A DNA stretch of 64,000 nt from NCBI GenBank assembly GCA_036802945.1, contig DAIRVG010000001.1, positions 97,166 to 161,165 on the forward strand. Reading direction: 5' to 3'. Position numbers and translations under genes: made by a program. This DNA is from Vicinamibacterales bacterium. Its GTDB lineage: Bacteria; Acidobacteriota; Vicinamibacteria; Vicinamibacterales; UBA2999. The stretch's first letter is position 1. Each line of letters starts with the position of its first letter. Under the pieces are notes generated by a model, which did no database searches, was not told the origin of the DNA, and saw nothing but the letters and a program-made list of their open reading frames with translations. This document shows positions 17,015-25,522 of the stretch, one piece after another.

Positions 17015-18078
17015 CAGGCATGTCATTCAACTCGCATCCCGCGCTCGCCGGTCTCGGCTCCGGCCGGTGTCTCGTCATCGGCGAGGTCGCGCTCACCCAC
17101 GACGGCAGCCTCGGCCTGGCGCATGCGTTCGTCGATGCGATCGCGGACGCCGGCGCGGACGCGGTGAAATTCCAGACACACATCGCAGCCGGCGAGAGCA
17201 CGCCCTCGGAGCCCTTCCGCGTGAAGTTCAGCCGCCAGGACGAGACCCGCTACGACTACTGGAAGCGGATGGAGTTCTCCGAGGACCAGTGGCGCGGACT
17301 CGCGGATCACGCGCGCCACCGCGGCATGCTGTTTCTCTCGTCGCCCTTTTCGGTGCAGGCGATCGAGCTGCTCGATCGTATTGGCATGCCGCTGTGGAAG
17401 ATCGCATCGGGTGAAACCTCGAATATGATGCTGCTCGATCGCGTTCTCGACACACGCAAGCCCGTGCTGCTCTCGACCGGCATGAGCCCGATCGCGGAGA
17501 TCGATTCGGCGGTCGCCCGCGTGCGCGCGCGCGACGTCGACGTCGGGGTGTTCCAGTGCACGACCGCCTATCCATGCCCGGCGGAAAAGATCGGCCTCAA
17601 TCTCATCCCGTTTTACAGGGAGCGATATGGGTGCTGGGTGGGGCTGTCGGATCATTCGGCGACGATCTATCCGGGCCTCGCCGGGGCGGCGCTCGGCATG
17701 GACATGCTCGAAGTACACGTGGCGCTTTCGCGAGAGATGTTCGGACCGGACGTGATCGCGTCGGTCACCACCTCTGAATTGCGCCAACTGGTCGACGGTG
17801 TGCGCTTCATCGAGCGCATGCGCGCCAACCCGATCGACAAGAACGCGTCGGCGCAGGAAACCGCGCCACTGCGCAAGCTGTTCACCCGGAGCCTCGTGGC
17901 AAGCAGGGATCTGCCCGCGGGCACCGTCATCACGCGCGAACATCTGGCGGTCAAGAAACCGGGTACCGGTCTCTCGCCGGATCGCCTCGAGGAGCTCATT
18001 GGCCGGCGCCTTGCGCGCCCCGTTATTGCAGATCAACTCCTTGCGGTGGAGGATATCGAAGGACCCGCCCGCTCTTGA
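17011..18078 (+). CDS. neuB: N-acylneuraminate/nonulosonate synthase (bacterial NeuB/LegI type)
   Basis: VIGEVALTHDGSLGLAHAFVDAIADAGADAVKFQTH, KIASGE, GLSDHS and a C-terminal SAF-like LVASRDLPAGTVITREHLAVKKPG. The ATG overlaps the upstream TGA. Confidence 0.85.
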   Translation: MTGMSFNSHPALAGLGSGRCLVIGEVALTHDGSLGLAHAFVDAIADAGADAVKFQTHIAAGESTPSEPFRVKFSRQDETRYDYWKRMEFSEDQWRGLADHARHRGMLFLSSPFSVQAIELLDRIGMPLWKIASGETSNMMLLDRVLDTRKPVLLSTGMSPIAEIDSAVARVRARDVDVGVFQCTTAYPCPAEKIGLNLIPFYRERYGCWVGLSDHSATIYPGLAGAALGMDMLEVHVALSREMFGPDVIASVTTSELRQLVDGVRFIERMRANPIDKNASAQETAPLRKLFTRSLVASRDLPAGTVITREHLAVKKPGTGLSPDRLEELIGRRLARPVIADQLLAVEDIEGPARS

Positions 18079-19232
18079 CCAAACGAAAAATCTGCGTCGT
18101 CGTCACCGCCCGCCCCAGCTACTCCCGTATCCGCAGCGCCCTCAAAGCCGTCAACGAGCATCCCGATCTCCAGCTCCAGCTCGTCGTAGCCGCGTCCGCG
18201 CTGCTCGACCGTTACGGCAATGCGATCCAGGCGATCGAACGCGACGGGTTCGCGATCGAGCAGCGCGTCTACATGGTGCTCGAGGGCGAGAACCTCGTGA
18301 CCTCCGCAAAGTCCACAGGTATCGGGCTCTCGGAGCTCGCGACGGTGTTCGACAACCTCAAGCCGGACGCGGTCGTCACGGTCGCGGATCGCTACGAGAC
18401 GCTCGCGACCGCCGTCGCCGCGTCGTACATGAACATTCCCGTCGTGCACGTGCAGGGCGGGGAGGTGACCGGGTCGATCGATGAGAAGGTGCGCCACGCC
18501 GTCACGAAGCTCGCGAACCTGCACCTAGTGTCCACTCAGCTCGCCGCGGAGCGTGTCCGCCGACTCGGTGAGGAGCCCGACAGCATCTTCGTCACCGGAT
18601 GTCCGTCGATTGACATTGCTGCCGAAGTCGCGGCGCGGCCCGCAATGGATTTCGATCCGTTCGTGAAGTACGGGGGCGTCGGGCCGACCACCGACCTGTC
18701 CAGGGGTTACGTGGTGGTGATGCAGCACCCCGTGACGACTGAGTACGAAGAGGCGCGGCAGCAGGTCGACGAGACGCTGTATGCGGTGAAAAACTTCGGC
18801 GTGCCGGTGCTCTGGTTCTGGCCGAATGTCGACGCCGGATCGGACGGGACATCGAAAGGCATCCGCGTGTTCCGCGAGAAGGAAGATCCACCAAATTTCC
18901 ACCTGTTCCGCAACATGTCCCCGGAAGATTTCCTTCGCCTCCTTTGCGGCGCGACGGCGATTGTCGGCAACTCGAGCGTCGCAATCAGGGAATGCTCGTA
19001 CCTCGGCGTGCCGGCGGTGAACATCGGTAGTCGACAGCTTGGACGCGAACGCGGGCAGAACGTGATCGACGTTGACCACGATCGCAAGGAGATCTCCGAC
19101 GCAGTCCAGACCCACATCAGGCGCGGCAAGCCGACGCGCGATCTCCTGTACGGCGACGGCAAGGCGGGAGGCCGCATCGCCGATTGCCTCTCGAAAGTCG
19201 AGCTGAAGATCGAGAAGAGGTTGACGTATTGA
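18075..19232 (+). CDS. neuC: UDP-sugar 2-epimerase, hydrolysing (NeuC/LegG type), copy 2
   Basis: KICVVVTARPSYSR, ADRYETLA and HVQGGEVTGSIDEKVRHAVTKLANLHL. The TTG start overlaps the neuB stop. Confidence 0.85.
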   Translation: MTKRKICVVVTARPSYSRIRSALKAVNEHPDLQLQLVVAASALLDRYGNAIQAIERDGFAIEQRVYMVLEGENLVTSAKSTGIGLSELATVFDNLKPDAVVTVADRYETLATAVAASYMNIPVVHVQGGEVTGSIDEKVRHAVTKLANLHLVSTQLAAERVRRLGEEPDSIFVTGCPSIDIAAEVAARPAMDFDPFVKYGGVGPTTDLSRGYVVVMQHPVTTEYEEARQQVDETLYAVKNFGVPVLWFWPNVDAGSDGTSKGIRVFREKEDPPNFHLFRNMSPEDFLRLLCGATAIVGNSSVAIRECSYLGVPAVNIGSRQLGRERGQNVIDVDHDRKEISDAVQTHIRRGKPTRDLLYGDGKAGGRIADCLSKVELKIEKRLTY

Positions 19233-19240
19233 CCGTCACC

Positions 19241-20176
19241 ATGTCGTCGGATCGTCGGGCGCGGATCACTGCGCTCGACTACAACTACGCGTCACAGCCG
19301 AAGCTGGCGGTGACGTCCTGCAATTTGTGCGGGGCATCGGAGTTCGTCGTCCTGGCGCATCGCGATCGCTACGGCTATCCAGCCCAGGCGCACGCGTGCC
19401 GCCGCTGCGGCCTCGTCTTTCTCAATCCCCGGATGACGGCGGAGTCGTACGGCCGCTTCTACAACGGCATCTATCGTCCGCTCGTGAGCGCCTTCCACGG
19501 ACGCCTGATTGACGCCCAGACCATACAGGACGAGCAGCGCGAGTACGCCGCCGAGCGTGCCGAATTCATCCGCTCGTTCATGGCGAAGCCAGGCGGCAGG
19601 ACGATGCTCGACATCGGGGGGTCGACCGGTGTGGTCGCCCATCACTTCGCGCGTGAATTCGGCCTCAACAGCACGCTCATCGACCCCGCTCCGCTCGAGG
19701 TTGAACAAGCGGGGCGCCTTGGCCTCGAGACGATCACAGGGCTCGTCGAAGAACATGACTTCGGCAGCCGCCGCTTCGACGTTGTCATCATCTGCCAGAC
19801 GGTCGATCACCTCCTCGACGTCGCCGGCACGCTCGGGCGCGTGCGCCAGTTGTTGTCGGACAACGGTCTTTTCTTCATCGACATTGTGGACTTCCGCGCC
19901 GCGTACCTGCGCAACTGGTCGGTCGAGGACGCAGTGAAGATCGACCATCCGTACTACCTGACCGAGTCGACGATGGTGGCGTATTTGAGGAGCTCGGGGT
20001 TCGAGGTCCTCCGCAGCGACTACGCGGCCGATCATCTGCATGTGAGCTACGTCTGTCGATCCGGCACTGCGGACGCGGACGTCATGCCCGCGGCTGCTTC
20101 GGTCGACGAGTTGTTGCGCGAGGTTCGGTTTGTGCAGAACACTCGCGGACCTGAAAGGTCCGCGCCGCGTCCGTAG
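19241..20176 (+). CDS. Class I SAM-dependent methyltransferase with N-terminal Cys4 zinc ribbon (paralog-like to 6791-7825)
   Basis: CNLCGAS...CRRCGLVFLNP, LDIGGSTGVVA and VVIICQTVDHLLD. Confidence 0.75.
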   Translation: MSSDRRARITALDYNYASQPKLAVTSCNLCGASEFVVLAHRDRYGYPAQAHACRRCGLVFLNPRMTAESYGRFYNGIYRPLVSAFHGRLIDAQTIQDEQREYAAERAEFIRSFMAKPGGRTMLDIGGSTGVVAHHFAREFGLNSTLIDPAPLEVEQAGRLGLETITGLVEEHDFGSRRFDVVIICQTVDHLLDVAGTLGRVRQLLSDNGLFFIDIVDFRAAYLRNWSVEDAVKIDHPYYLTESTMVAYLRSSGFEVLRSDYAADHLHVSYVCRSGTADADVMPAAASVDELLREVRFVQNTRGPERSAPRP

Positions 20177-20193
20177 GTTCGCGCCGCATCTGA

Positions 20194-20886
20194 ATGTCTC
20201 TCGTCCTTGGAATCGTTCCGGCGCGTGGCGGATCGAAGGGTGTGCCGGGCAAGAACGTGCGGCCGCTCGCCGGGCTGACGCTCCTTGAGTACACCGCGCG
20301 CGCCGCGCGTGAGTCTGGCGTTCTCGATCGCGTGATCCTCAGTACAGATTCGGCGGAGATCGCCGACACGGGACGACGGGCGGGACTCGACGTCCCGTTC
20401 ATGCGGCCCGTGATGCTCGCCAGCGACGACACGCCGATGCTGCCGGTGATCCAGCATGCACTCGAGTCGCTTGCGCGCGACGGCTGGTCGGCAGACATGA
20501 TCGTCCTCCTCCAGCCGACGTCTCCGCTGCGGCGGCCGGATCACATCCGGGCCGCCGTCACGACGCTGCGCGACACCAAGGCGGATTCAGTCGTGACGGT
20601 TGTCGAGATTCCTCGACACCTGTCGCCGGACTACGTGATGCGCATCGACGGAGGGCGTCTCCAGCCGTTTCTGCCGGAAGGCGCGCGCGTGACGCGCCGC
20701 CAGGACGCACGTCCTGCGTACTGTCGCGATGGCACCGTCTACGCGTTCTGGCGCGCGACGATCGAGCGGTTCGGTGGTATTTACGGCGAGGATTGTCGCC
20801 CGCTGTTGATCGACGCGCGCGAATCGCTGAGCATCGACTCACCGGCGGACTGGGACGCGGCCGAACGGCTCCTCGCAGGTCGCTAG
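20194..20886 (+). CDS. neuA: Acylneuraminate/nonulosonate cytidylyltransferase, copy 2
   Basis: IVPARGGSKGVPGKN and LLQPTSPLRR. Confidence 0.85.
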   Translation: MSLVLGIVPARGGSKGVPGKNVRPLAGLTLLEYTARAARESGVLDRVILSTDSAEIADTGRRAGLDVPFMRPVMLASDDTPMLPVIQHALESLARDGWSADMIVLLQPTSPLRRPDHIRAAVTTLRDTKADSVVTVVEIPRHLSPDYVMRIDGGRLQPFLPEGARVTRRQDARPAYCRDGTVYAFWRATIERFGGIYGEDCRPLLIDARESLSIDSPADWDAAERLLAGR

Positions 20887-20903
20887 CGATGTCCATCGAG
20901 ACA

Positions 20904-20973
20904 GGCCACGGAGGCACGCAGGCACGGAGGACAATTGTGATTCCTAGCTCCGTGTCTCCGTGTCTCCGTGGCC
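20904..20973. repeat. Intergenic palindrome built from 3+3 tandem 8-mers
   Basis: Left arm GGCCACGGAGGCACGCAGGCACGGAGG, a 17-nt loop, right arm CTCCGTGTCTCCGTGTCTCCGTGGCC. About 23 of 26 positions are complementary. Confidence 0.8.
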
Positions 20974-20980
20974 CGTCGCA

Positions 20981-22021
20981 GTGACATCGTTTCGACATCT
21001 GATTCCGCGGCCGCTGCGCCTCGCCGCAAGCGCATATCTCGCGCGGCGCCACAGCGCGCAACTCCAGCGCGATCTCGCGGCGATCGCCGCTCGGCGGACG
21101 GTCATTGTCGCGGGACCATGGCTCGGCGAGGTGGGGTTCGAGCTGCTCTACTGGGTCCCGTTTCTCCGCTGGTTTGCCGAGCGCTTCAACGTGTCCCCGG
21201 AGCGCCTTATCGTCGTGTCCCGCGGAGGGACGTCGTCCTGGTATCGACCGTTTGCTGCGCAGTATTTCGACGCGTTCGACCAGGTAACCCCGGACACCTT
21301 CCGTGGCCAGCATGATGCACGCGTACGCGATCTCGGCGAGCAGAAGCAGACGCGCCTCACTGAATTCGATCGCGAGCTGATCGACGGCGCTACGCGGAGG
21401 GCGAATGTCTCCGACTGGTCACTGCTGCACCCCTCGCGCATGTACGACGTGCTCAACCCGTACTGGTGGGGCCACCTGTCGAGCGGCTGGGTGCATCAAC
21501 ACACGCGCTATGCGCGGCTGTCTGAGCCTGATCGCATGGCTGACGTCGACTTTCCGGAGCGGTATGTGGCGGTGAAGTTCTACTTCAACGATTGCTTCCC
21601 GGCCAACGCCCAGAATCGTGCGTTCGTGCGCGATGCCCTTCGGACGCTTGCGGGCCGTGGACCGGTCGTCGCGCTTTCGACCGGGTTGAACATAGACGAC
21701 CACGGCGGCATGCGCCTCGATGAGTACGGCGTGCGGCATCTTCCCGAAGGGATTGATCCGGCGCGCAACCTGCACGTACAGAGCACGCTGGTCTCACGCG
21801 CGCTGGCGTTTGTCGGTACTTACGGCGGGTTTTCCTACATGGCACCGTTCTACGGCGTCAGATCCCTGGCGTTCTACAGCGACCCGTCAGGCTTTTCGCA
21901 GAAGCATCTTCACATGGCGCGATCCGCGTTCGACGCGATCGGAACGACCGGCCTGCTGGACGTCCGCGATGCCGCGGCGGGTGCCGAAGCCGTGGATCAC
22001 GCGTGGGCGGCCGGCGCGTGA
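20981..22021 (+). CDS. Family B uncharacterised protein, stand-alone copy 2
   Basis: VAGPWLGEVGFELLYWVPFLRW, VSRGGTSSWY, LHPSRMYDVL, YVAVKFY and VGTYGGFSYMAPFYG. The GTG at 20981 is preferred because the 20960 start lies inside the repeat hairpin. Confidence 0.7.
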   Translation: MTSFRHLIPRPLRLAASAYLARRHSAQLQRDLAAIAARRTVIVAGPWLGEVGFELLYWVPFLRWFAERFNVSPERLIVVSRGGTSSWYRPFAAQYFDAFDQVTPDTFRGQHDARVRDLGEQKQTRLTEFDRELIDGATRRANVSDWSLLHPSRMYDVLNPYWWGHLSSGWVHQHTRYARLSEPDRMADVDFPERYVAVKFYFNDCFPANAQNRAFVRDALRTLAGRGPVVALSTGLNIDDHGGMRLDEYGVRHLPEGIDPARNLHVQSTLVSRALAFVGTYGGFSYMAPFYGVRSLAFYSDPSGFSQKHLHMARSAFDAIGTTGLLDVRDAAAGAEAVDHAWAAGA

Positions 22022-23271
22022 CTGAACGCGGCTGGGCGGCGGTCGACGCACGCGCCCGGACGGCGAAGCGCGCGGCATTCGCGGAGACCAAGCGCGGATT
22101 CAAGCTGGTACGGGAGCGTCTTCGCAACGCGATGATCGCCGCTGTCAACCTTTCGGCGAAGCAGCTGCGGCGCGCATCGTGGTTCGGCGCGCGTGTGCAG
22201 AAGCAGGTGCTCGAGCTCGGTGAAACGAAGAAACGCGTCGATACGTACCGCGCCGAGTGGGCGATCGAGCGCGACATCGCGCGTGTCGTTTCTGGTTCTG
22301 ATCCGATCATCGTCGGGCCGTGGCTCTCGGAAGTCGGGTACGAGGTTCTGTATTGGGTGCCGTTCGTGCGGTGGGTTCAGGCGGAGTTCCGGATTCCCGC
22401 CTCGCGCCTGGTCGTGGTGACGCGAGGAGGGGCCGCATCCTGGTATTCGGACATCACGACGAAGACCGTGGAGCTGTTCGATCTGATGACACCGGACGAC
22501 TACGCTTCGCGCAACGCGCAGCGCAGCGCCGAGGATCGCGGCACGCTCAAGCAGTTCGGCGTCTCGCCGATGGATCGCGAGATCGTCGCGGAGGTCGAGC
22601 GGCGGATTGGCGCAAGCCGGACGCGCCTCCTCCATCCGTCTCTGATGTACCAGCTGTTTCACCAGTTCTGGCTGGGACACCGGTCGCCGTCATTCCTCGA
22701 GAGGCGAACCAGATACCGGCTCATCTCGCCGCCCGATGTCGCGCTTCCGCCGCTTCCCGCGCAGTTCGTTGCGGTGAAGTTTTATACGGCTGCCTCGCTG
22801 CCGCCAACCGATCCGGTGCGCCGCGCGCTGAGATCGATTGTCCTTGGCCTGGCCGAGCAGATGCCTGTCGTGATGCTCGACACCGGGCTGGCGCTGGACG
22901 ACCACGAGGACTATTCGTTTGCGACCGCGTCGCGTATTCACAGCGTTCGCGAGTCGTTCCACCCGCGCGACAATCTCGCGGTGCAGACGGCGATCATCGC
23001 TCGCGCCTCGTCATTCGTCGGCACCTGCGGCGCGCTCGCATGGCTGGCGCCGATGCTTGGCATCGACACGACCGCCGTGCTCGCCGACGCGCGGTTCCTG
23101 CATGGACACCTGCAGGTCGCCCGCCGGGTCTACCAGGTGATAGAGGGCGGACGATTCTCGCCGCTCGACATTTCCGCGTTCGATCAGCTCGGCATCGAGC
23201 TGTCGCGCGCCAGGGGCTCCATGACCGAAGACCGTAGACCGCAGACCGTAGACGGCGGGAGCCGACCATGA
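22018..23271 (+). CDS. Family B uncharacterised protein, stand-alone copy 3
   Basis: IVGPWLSEVGYEVLYWVPFVRW, VTRGGAASWY, LHPSLMYQLF, FVAVKFY and VGTCGALAWLAPMLG. GTG 22018 overlaps the upstream TGA (alternative ATG at 22003). Confidence 0.7.
   Translation: MTERGWAAVDARARTAKRAAFAETKRGFKLVRERLRNAMIAAVNLSAKQLRRASWFGARVQKQVLELGETKKRVDTYRAEWAIERDIARVVSGSDPIIVGPWLSEVGYEVLYWVPFVRWVQAEFRIPASRLVVVTRGGAASWYSDITTKTVELFDLMTPDDYASRNAQRSAEDRGTLKQFGVSPMDREIVAEVERRIGASRTRLLHPSLMYQLFHQFWLGHRSPSFLERRTRYRLISPPDVALPPLPAQFVAVKFYTAASLPPTDPVRRALRSIVLGLAEQMPVVMLDTGLALDDHEDYSFATASRIHSVRESFHPRDNLAVQTAIIARASSFVGTCGALAWLAPMLGIDTTAVLADARFLHGHLQVARRVYQVIEGGRFSPLDISAFDQLGIELSRARGSMTEDRRPQTVDGGSRP
23229..23256. repeat. Tandem heptamer tract AGACCGY x4 inside the 3' tail of the family B gene
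   Basis: AGACCGT AGACCGC AGACCGT AGACGGC. It encodes the non-conserved tail RRPQTVDG. Confidence 0.8.
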
Positions 23272-24404
23272 GCATTCGTGACGTGCTCGTCACCGGTGGC
23301 GCCGGGTATATCGGCTCACACCTCGTCGACGCCCTCGTCGCGCGCGAGTACCGCGTGACCGTGCTCGACAACCTCGAGCCACAGGTACATCGCTCGGGCA
23401 CCTGGCCGTCCTACGCCAACCCCAAGGTGAAGTACGTGAAGGGCGACGTGCGCGATCGGTCGGTCTTCGAGCCGCTCGTCCTGGCGTCGCAGGCGGTCGT
23501 GCATTTCGGCGCCGCGGTGAGTATCGGCCAGAGCATGTACCAGGTCGATCGCTACGTGGACGTGAACACGCGCGGCACCGCGCTCCTGCTGGACATCCTC
23601 ATCAACACGAAGCACAAGGTGGAGAAGGTGCTCGTCGCGTCCTCGATCGGCGTGTACGGCGAAGGCGCGTACACATGCGCGACGCACGGTGCGGTCGCGC
23701 CGACAATCCGCCCGGAGCAGCAGCTCGCCTCGCGAGACTGGGAGCAGCACTGCCCCCAATGCGGCACACACGTGACATCGATCCCGACGCCGGAAGACAA
23801 GGCGCTCTACCGCGACAACATCTACTCGATGACGAAGTATCACCAGGAAGAAATGGTCCTGCTCATCGGAAAGACCTACGGCATCCCCTCGGTGGCGCCG
23901 CGCTTCTTCAACGTCTACGGCCCTCGCCAGAGCCTGAGCAATCCTTACGCGGGCGTCGCGGCCATCTGGTTGAGCCGGCTGTTGAATGGGAAACAGCCGG
24001 TTGTCTTCGAGGACGGCGGCCAGCTGCGCGACTTCGTGTCGATTCACGACGTGGTCGATTGCCTGATCCTGATGCTCGAGAAGCCCGGCGCCGATTACCT
24101 GCCGGTCAACGTCGGTTCTGGACAGACGGTGACGATCCTGGAGATCGCGAACATTCTCAGACGCCTGCTTGGGTCCTCCATCGAACCGCAGATCACGCAG
24201 AGCGGGCGCAAGTTCGACATCCGCCACAACACAGCCGACATCGCCCGCGCGCGCGAGACGCTCGGCTTCGCGCCCAGGGTCACACTCGATCAGGGCTTCT
24301 CCGAGTTGATCGAGTGGGCCAGGACGACGCCGGACGTGGCCGTCGATTTCTTCGACAAGGCGCTGCAGGAATTGCAGGACAAGGGACTCCTGGTCAAGTC
24401 ATGA
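23268..24404 (+). CDS. NAD-dependent nucleotide-sugar epimerase/dehydratase (extended SDR) with a Cys-containing insert
   Basis: VLVTGGAGYIGSHL and YSMTKYH (YxxxK). The insert reads CATHG...CPQCGTH. Confidence 0.75.
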   Translation: MSIRDVLVTGGAGYIGSHLVDALVAREYRVTVLDNLEPQVHRSGTWPSYANPKVKYVKGDVRDRSVFEPLVLASQAVVHFGAAVSIGQSMYQVDRYVDVNTRGTALLLDILINTKHKVEKVLVASSIGVYGEGAYTCATHGAVAPTIRPEQQLASRDWEQHCPQCGTHVTSIPTPEDKALYRDNIYSMTKYHQEEMVLLIGKTYGIPSVAPRFFNVYGPRQSLSNPYAGVAAIWLSRLLNGKQPVVFEDGGQLRDFVSIHDVVDCLILMLEKPGADYLPVNVGSGQTVTILEIANILRRLLGSSIEPQITQSGRKFDIRHNTADIARARETLGFAPRVTLDQGFSELIEWARTTPDVAVDFFDKALQELQDKGLLVKS

Positions 24405-24411
24405 GCGTTCT

Positions 24412-24858
24412 GTGATTCTCGAGTTCGAGCAGCTGAAGAACTACCGCAAGACAGTCGCAATGGTGGACGGCGCGTTCGATCCGCTGCACCGGGGGCACAT
24501 CGAGTATTTTCGCGCCGCTGCCGGGCAACTCGACGTGCCGCTGCTCTGCAACGTCGCCTCCGATCGCTACGTGCGGACCAAGCATCCACCGCTGCTTCCC
24601 GAGGACCATCGAGCGGCGGTGGTCGACGCCATCCGGTTCATCAGCTACACGCACATCAACCAGTTCGACACCGAGACGATCCTGCGCGAGCTGCAGCCGA
24701 AGTACTACGTCAAGGGTCGGGACTGGGAAGGACGCCTTCCACCCGACCAGCAGCGCATCTGCGCCGAGCACGGCATCCAGGTCGTCTACCTCGATACCGT
24801 CATCGATTCCTCGAGTCGAATTCTCAAGAACTACACGGAGCAGCAGATCCAGCGATGA
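24412..24858 (+). CDS. Small HxGH cytidylyl/adenylyltransferase-like nucleotidyltransferase (TagD / RfaE-domain-II type)
   Basis: VAMVDGAFDPLHRGHIEYF. 148 aa. GTG start. Confidence 0.7.
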   Translation: MILEFEQLKNYRKTVAMVDGAFDPLHRGHIEYFRAAAGQLDVPLLCNVASDRYVRTKHPPLLPEDHRAAVVDAIRFISYTHINQFDTETILRELQPKYYVKGRDWEGRLPPDQQRICAEHGIQVVYLDTVIDSSSRILKNYTEQQIQR

Positions 24859-25520
24859 ACATCACCGAGTTCGAACAGCGCGTCATCGATCAGAGACCGG
24901 TCGCATCTGGCCACTATGATTCCGAGTACTTCACCGGCGACTGGCGCGCCGAGGGGAACAATTACAACCTCGAAACACGCCGGCAAATTGAGGCGAGAAA
25001 CCCATTCCTGATCAGGGACGTCTTCCAGCCGAAAAAAGCGCTGGACCTCGGATGCGGTCCCGGCGCGTTGATGCACCTCCTATGGGAGCTCGGCGTCGAC
25101 GTCGAAGGGATCGACTTCGCCGAGAGCAGCAGGCAGCTTGCGACGCCGGAGGTCCGCGATCGCATCACCGTCGGCTACGTTGGAGACCCGACGGTGAAGC
25201 CCGCCAACAGCTACGACCTGGTCATCTGCCGCGAGGTGCTCGAGCACCTCACTGTGCTGCAGGTGAAGCAGACCGTCGCCAACATGGCGCGGATGACATC
25301 GAAGTTCATCTACGTGACGACGCGCTTTCATCCGAGCCCGGATGGCCTCCTCGACTTCACCACGCAGTTCGACGTCGATCCATCGCACATCACACTGCTG
25401 AACAAGGACATGCTCCGCCTGATGTTCGTGCTCGAGGGCTGCCGCTCGCGCCCGGACCTCGAGGGACGGATGGACTGGGGAAACAAGGGGCGCGTGCTCG
25501 TGCTCGAGAAGCTGTCGTAG
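24855..25520 (+). CDS. Class I SAM-dependent methyltransferase
   Basis: ALDLGCGPGALMHLL and DLVICREVLEHL. The ATG overlaps the upstream TGA. Confidence 0.8.
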   Translation: MNITEFEQRVIDQRPVASGHYDSEYFTGDWRAEGNNYNLETRRQIEARNPFLIRDVFQPKKALDLGCGPGALMHLLWELGVDVEGIDFAESSRQLATPEVRDRITVGYVGDPTVKPANSYDLVICREVLEHLTVLQVKQTVANMARMTSKFIYVTTRFHPSPDGLLDFTTQFDVDPSHITLLNKDMLRLMFVLEGCRSRPDLEGRMDWGNKGRVLVLEKLS

Positions 25521-25522
25521 AC

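Noticed and set aside
20904-20973. CRISPR array or MITE interpretation of the tandem-repeat elements (also 43915-43995 and 50200-50275)
   Set aside because: The repeat units are only 7-8 nt with no spacers, and each element is under 90 bp. No cas genes, terminal inverted repeats with target-site duplications, or transposase genes are present.
25052-25522. N-terminal extensions of track ORFs. Examples are 25052 for the membrane protein, 10901 for family A-2, 13135 for the fusion, 16297 for neuB, 4652 for neuC, 5803 for neuA, 34935 for the SDR and 39270 for the NANS-like gene.
   Set aside because: The extensions overlap the preceding, well-supported genes in another frame and are Arg-rich. Internal ATG/GTG/TTG starts at or just after the upstream stop codon give products that begin where the homologous families begin.
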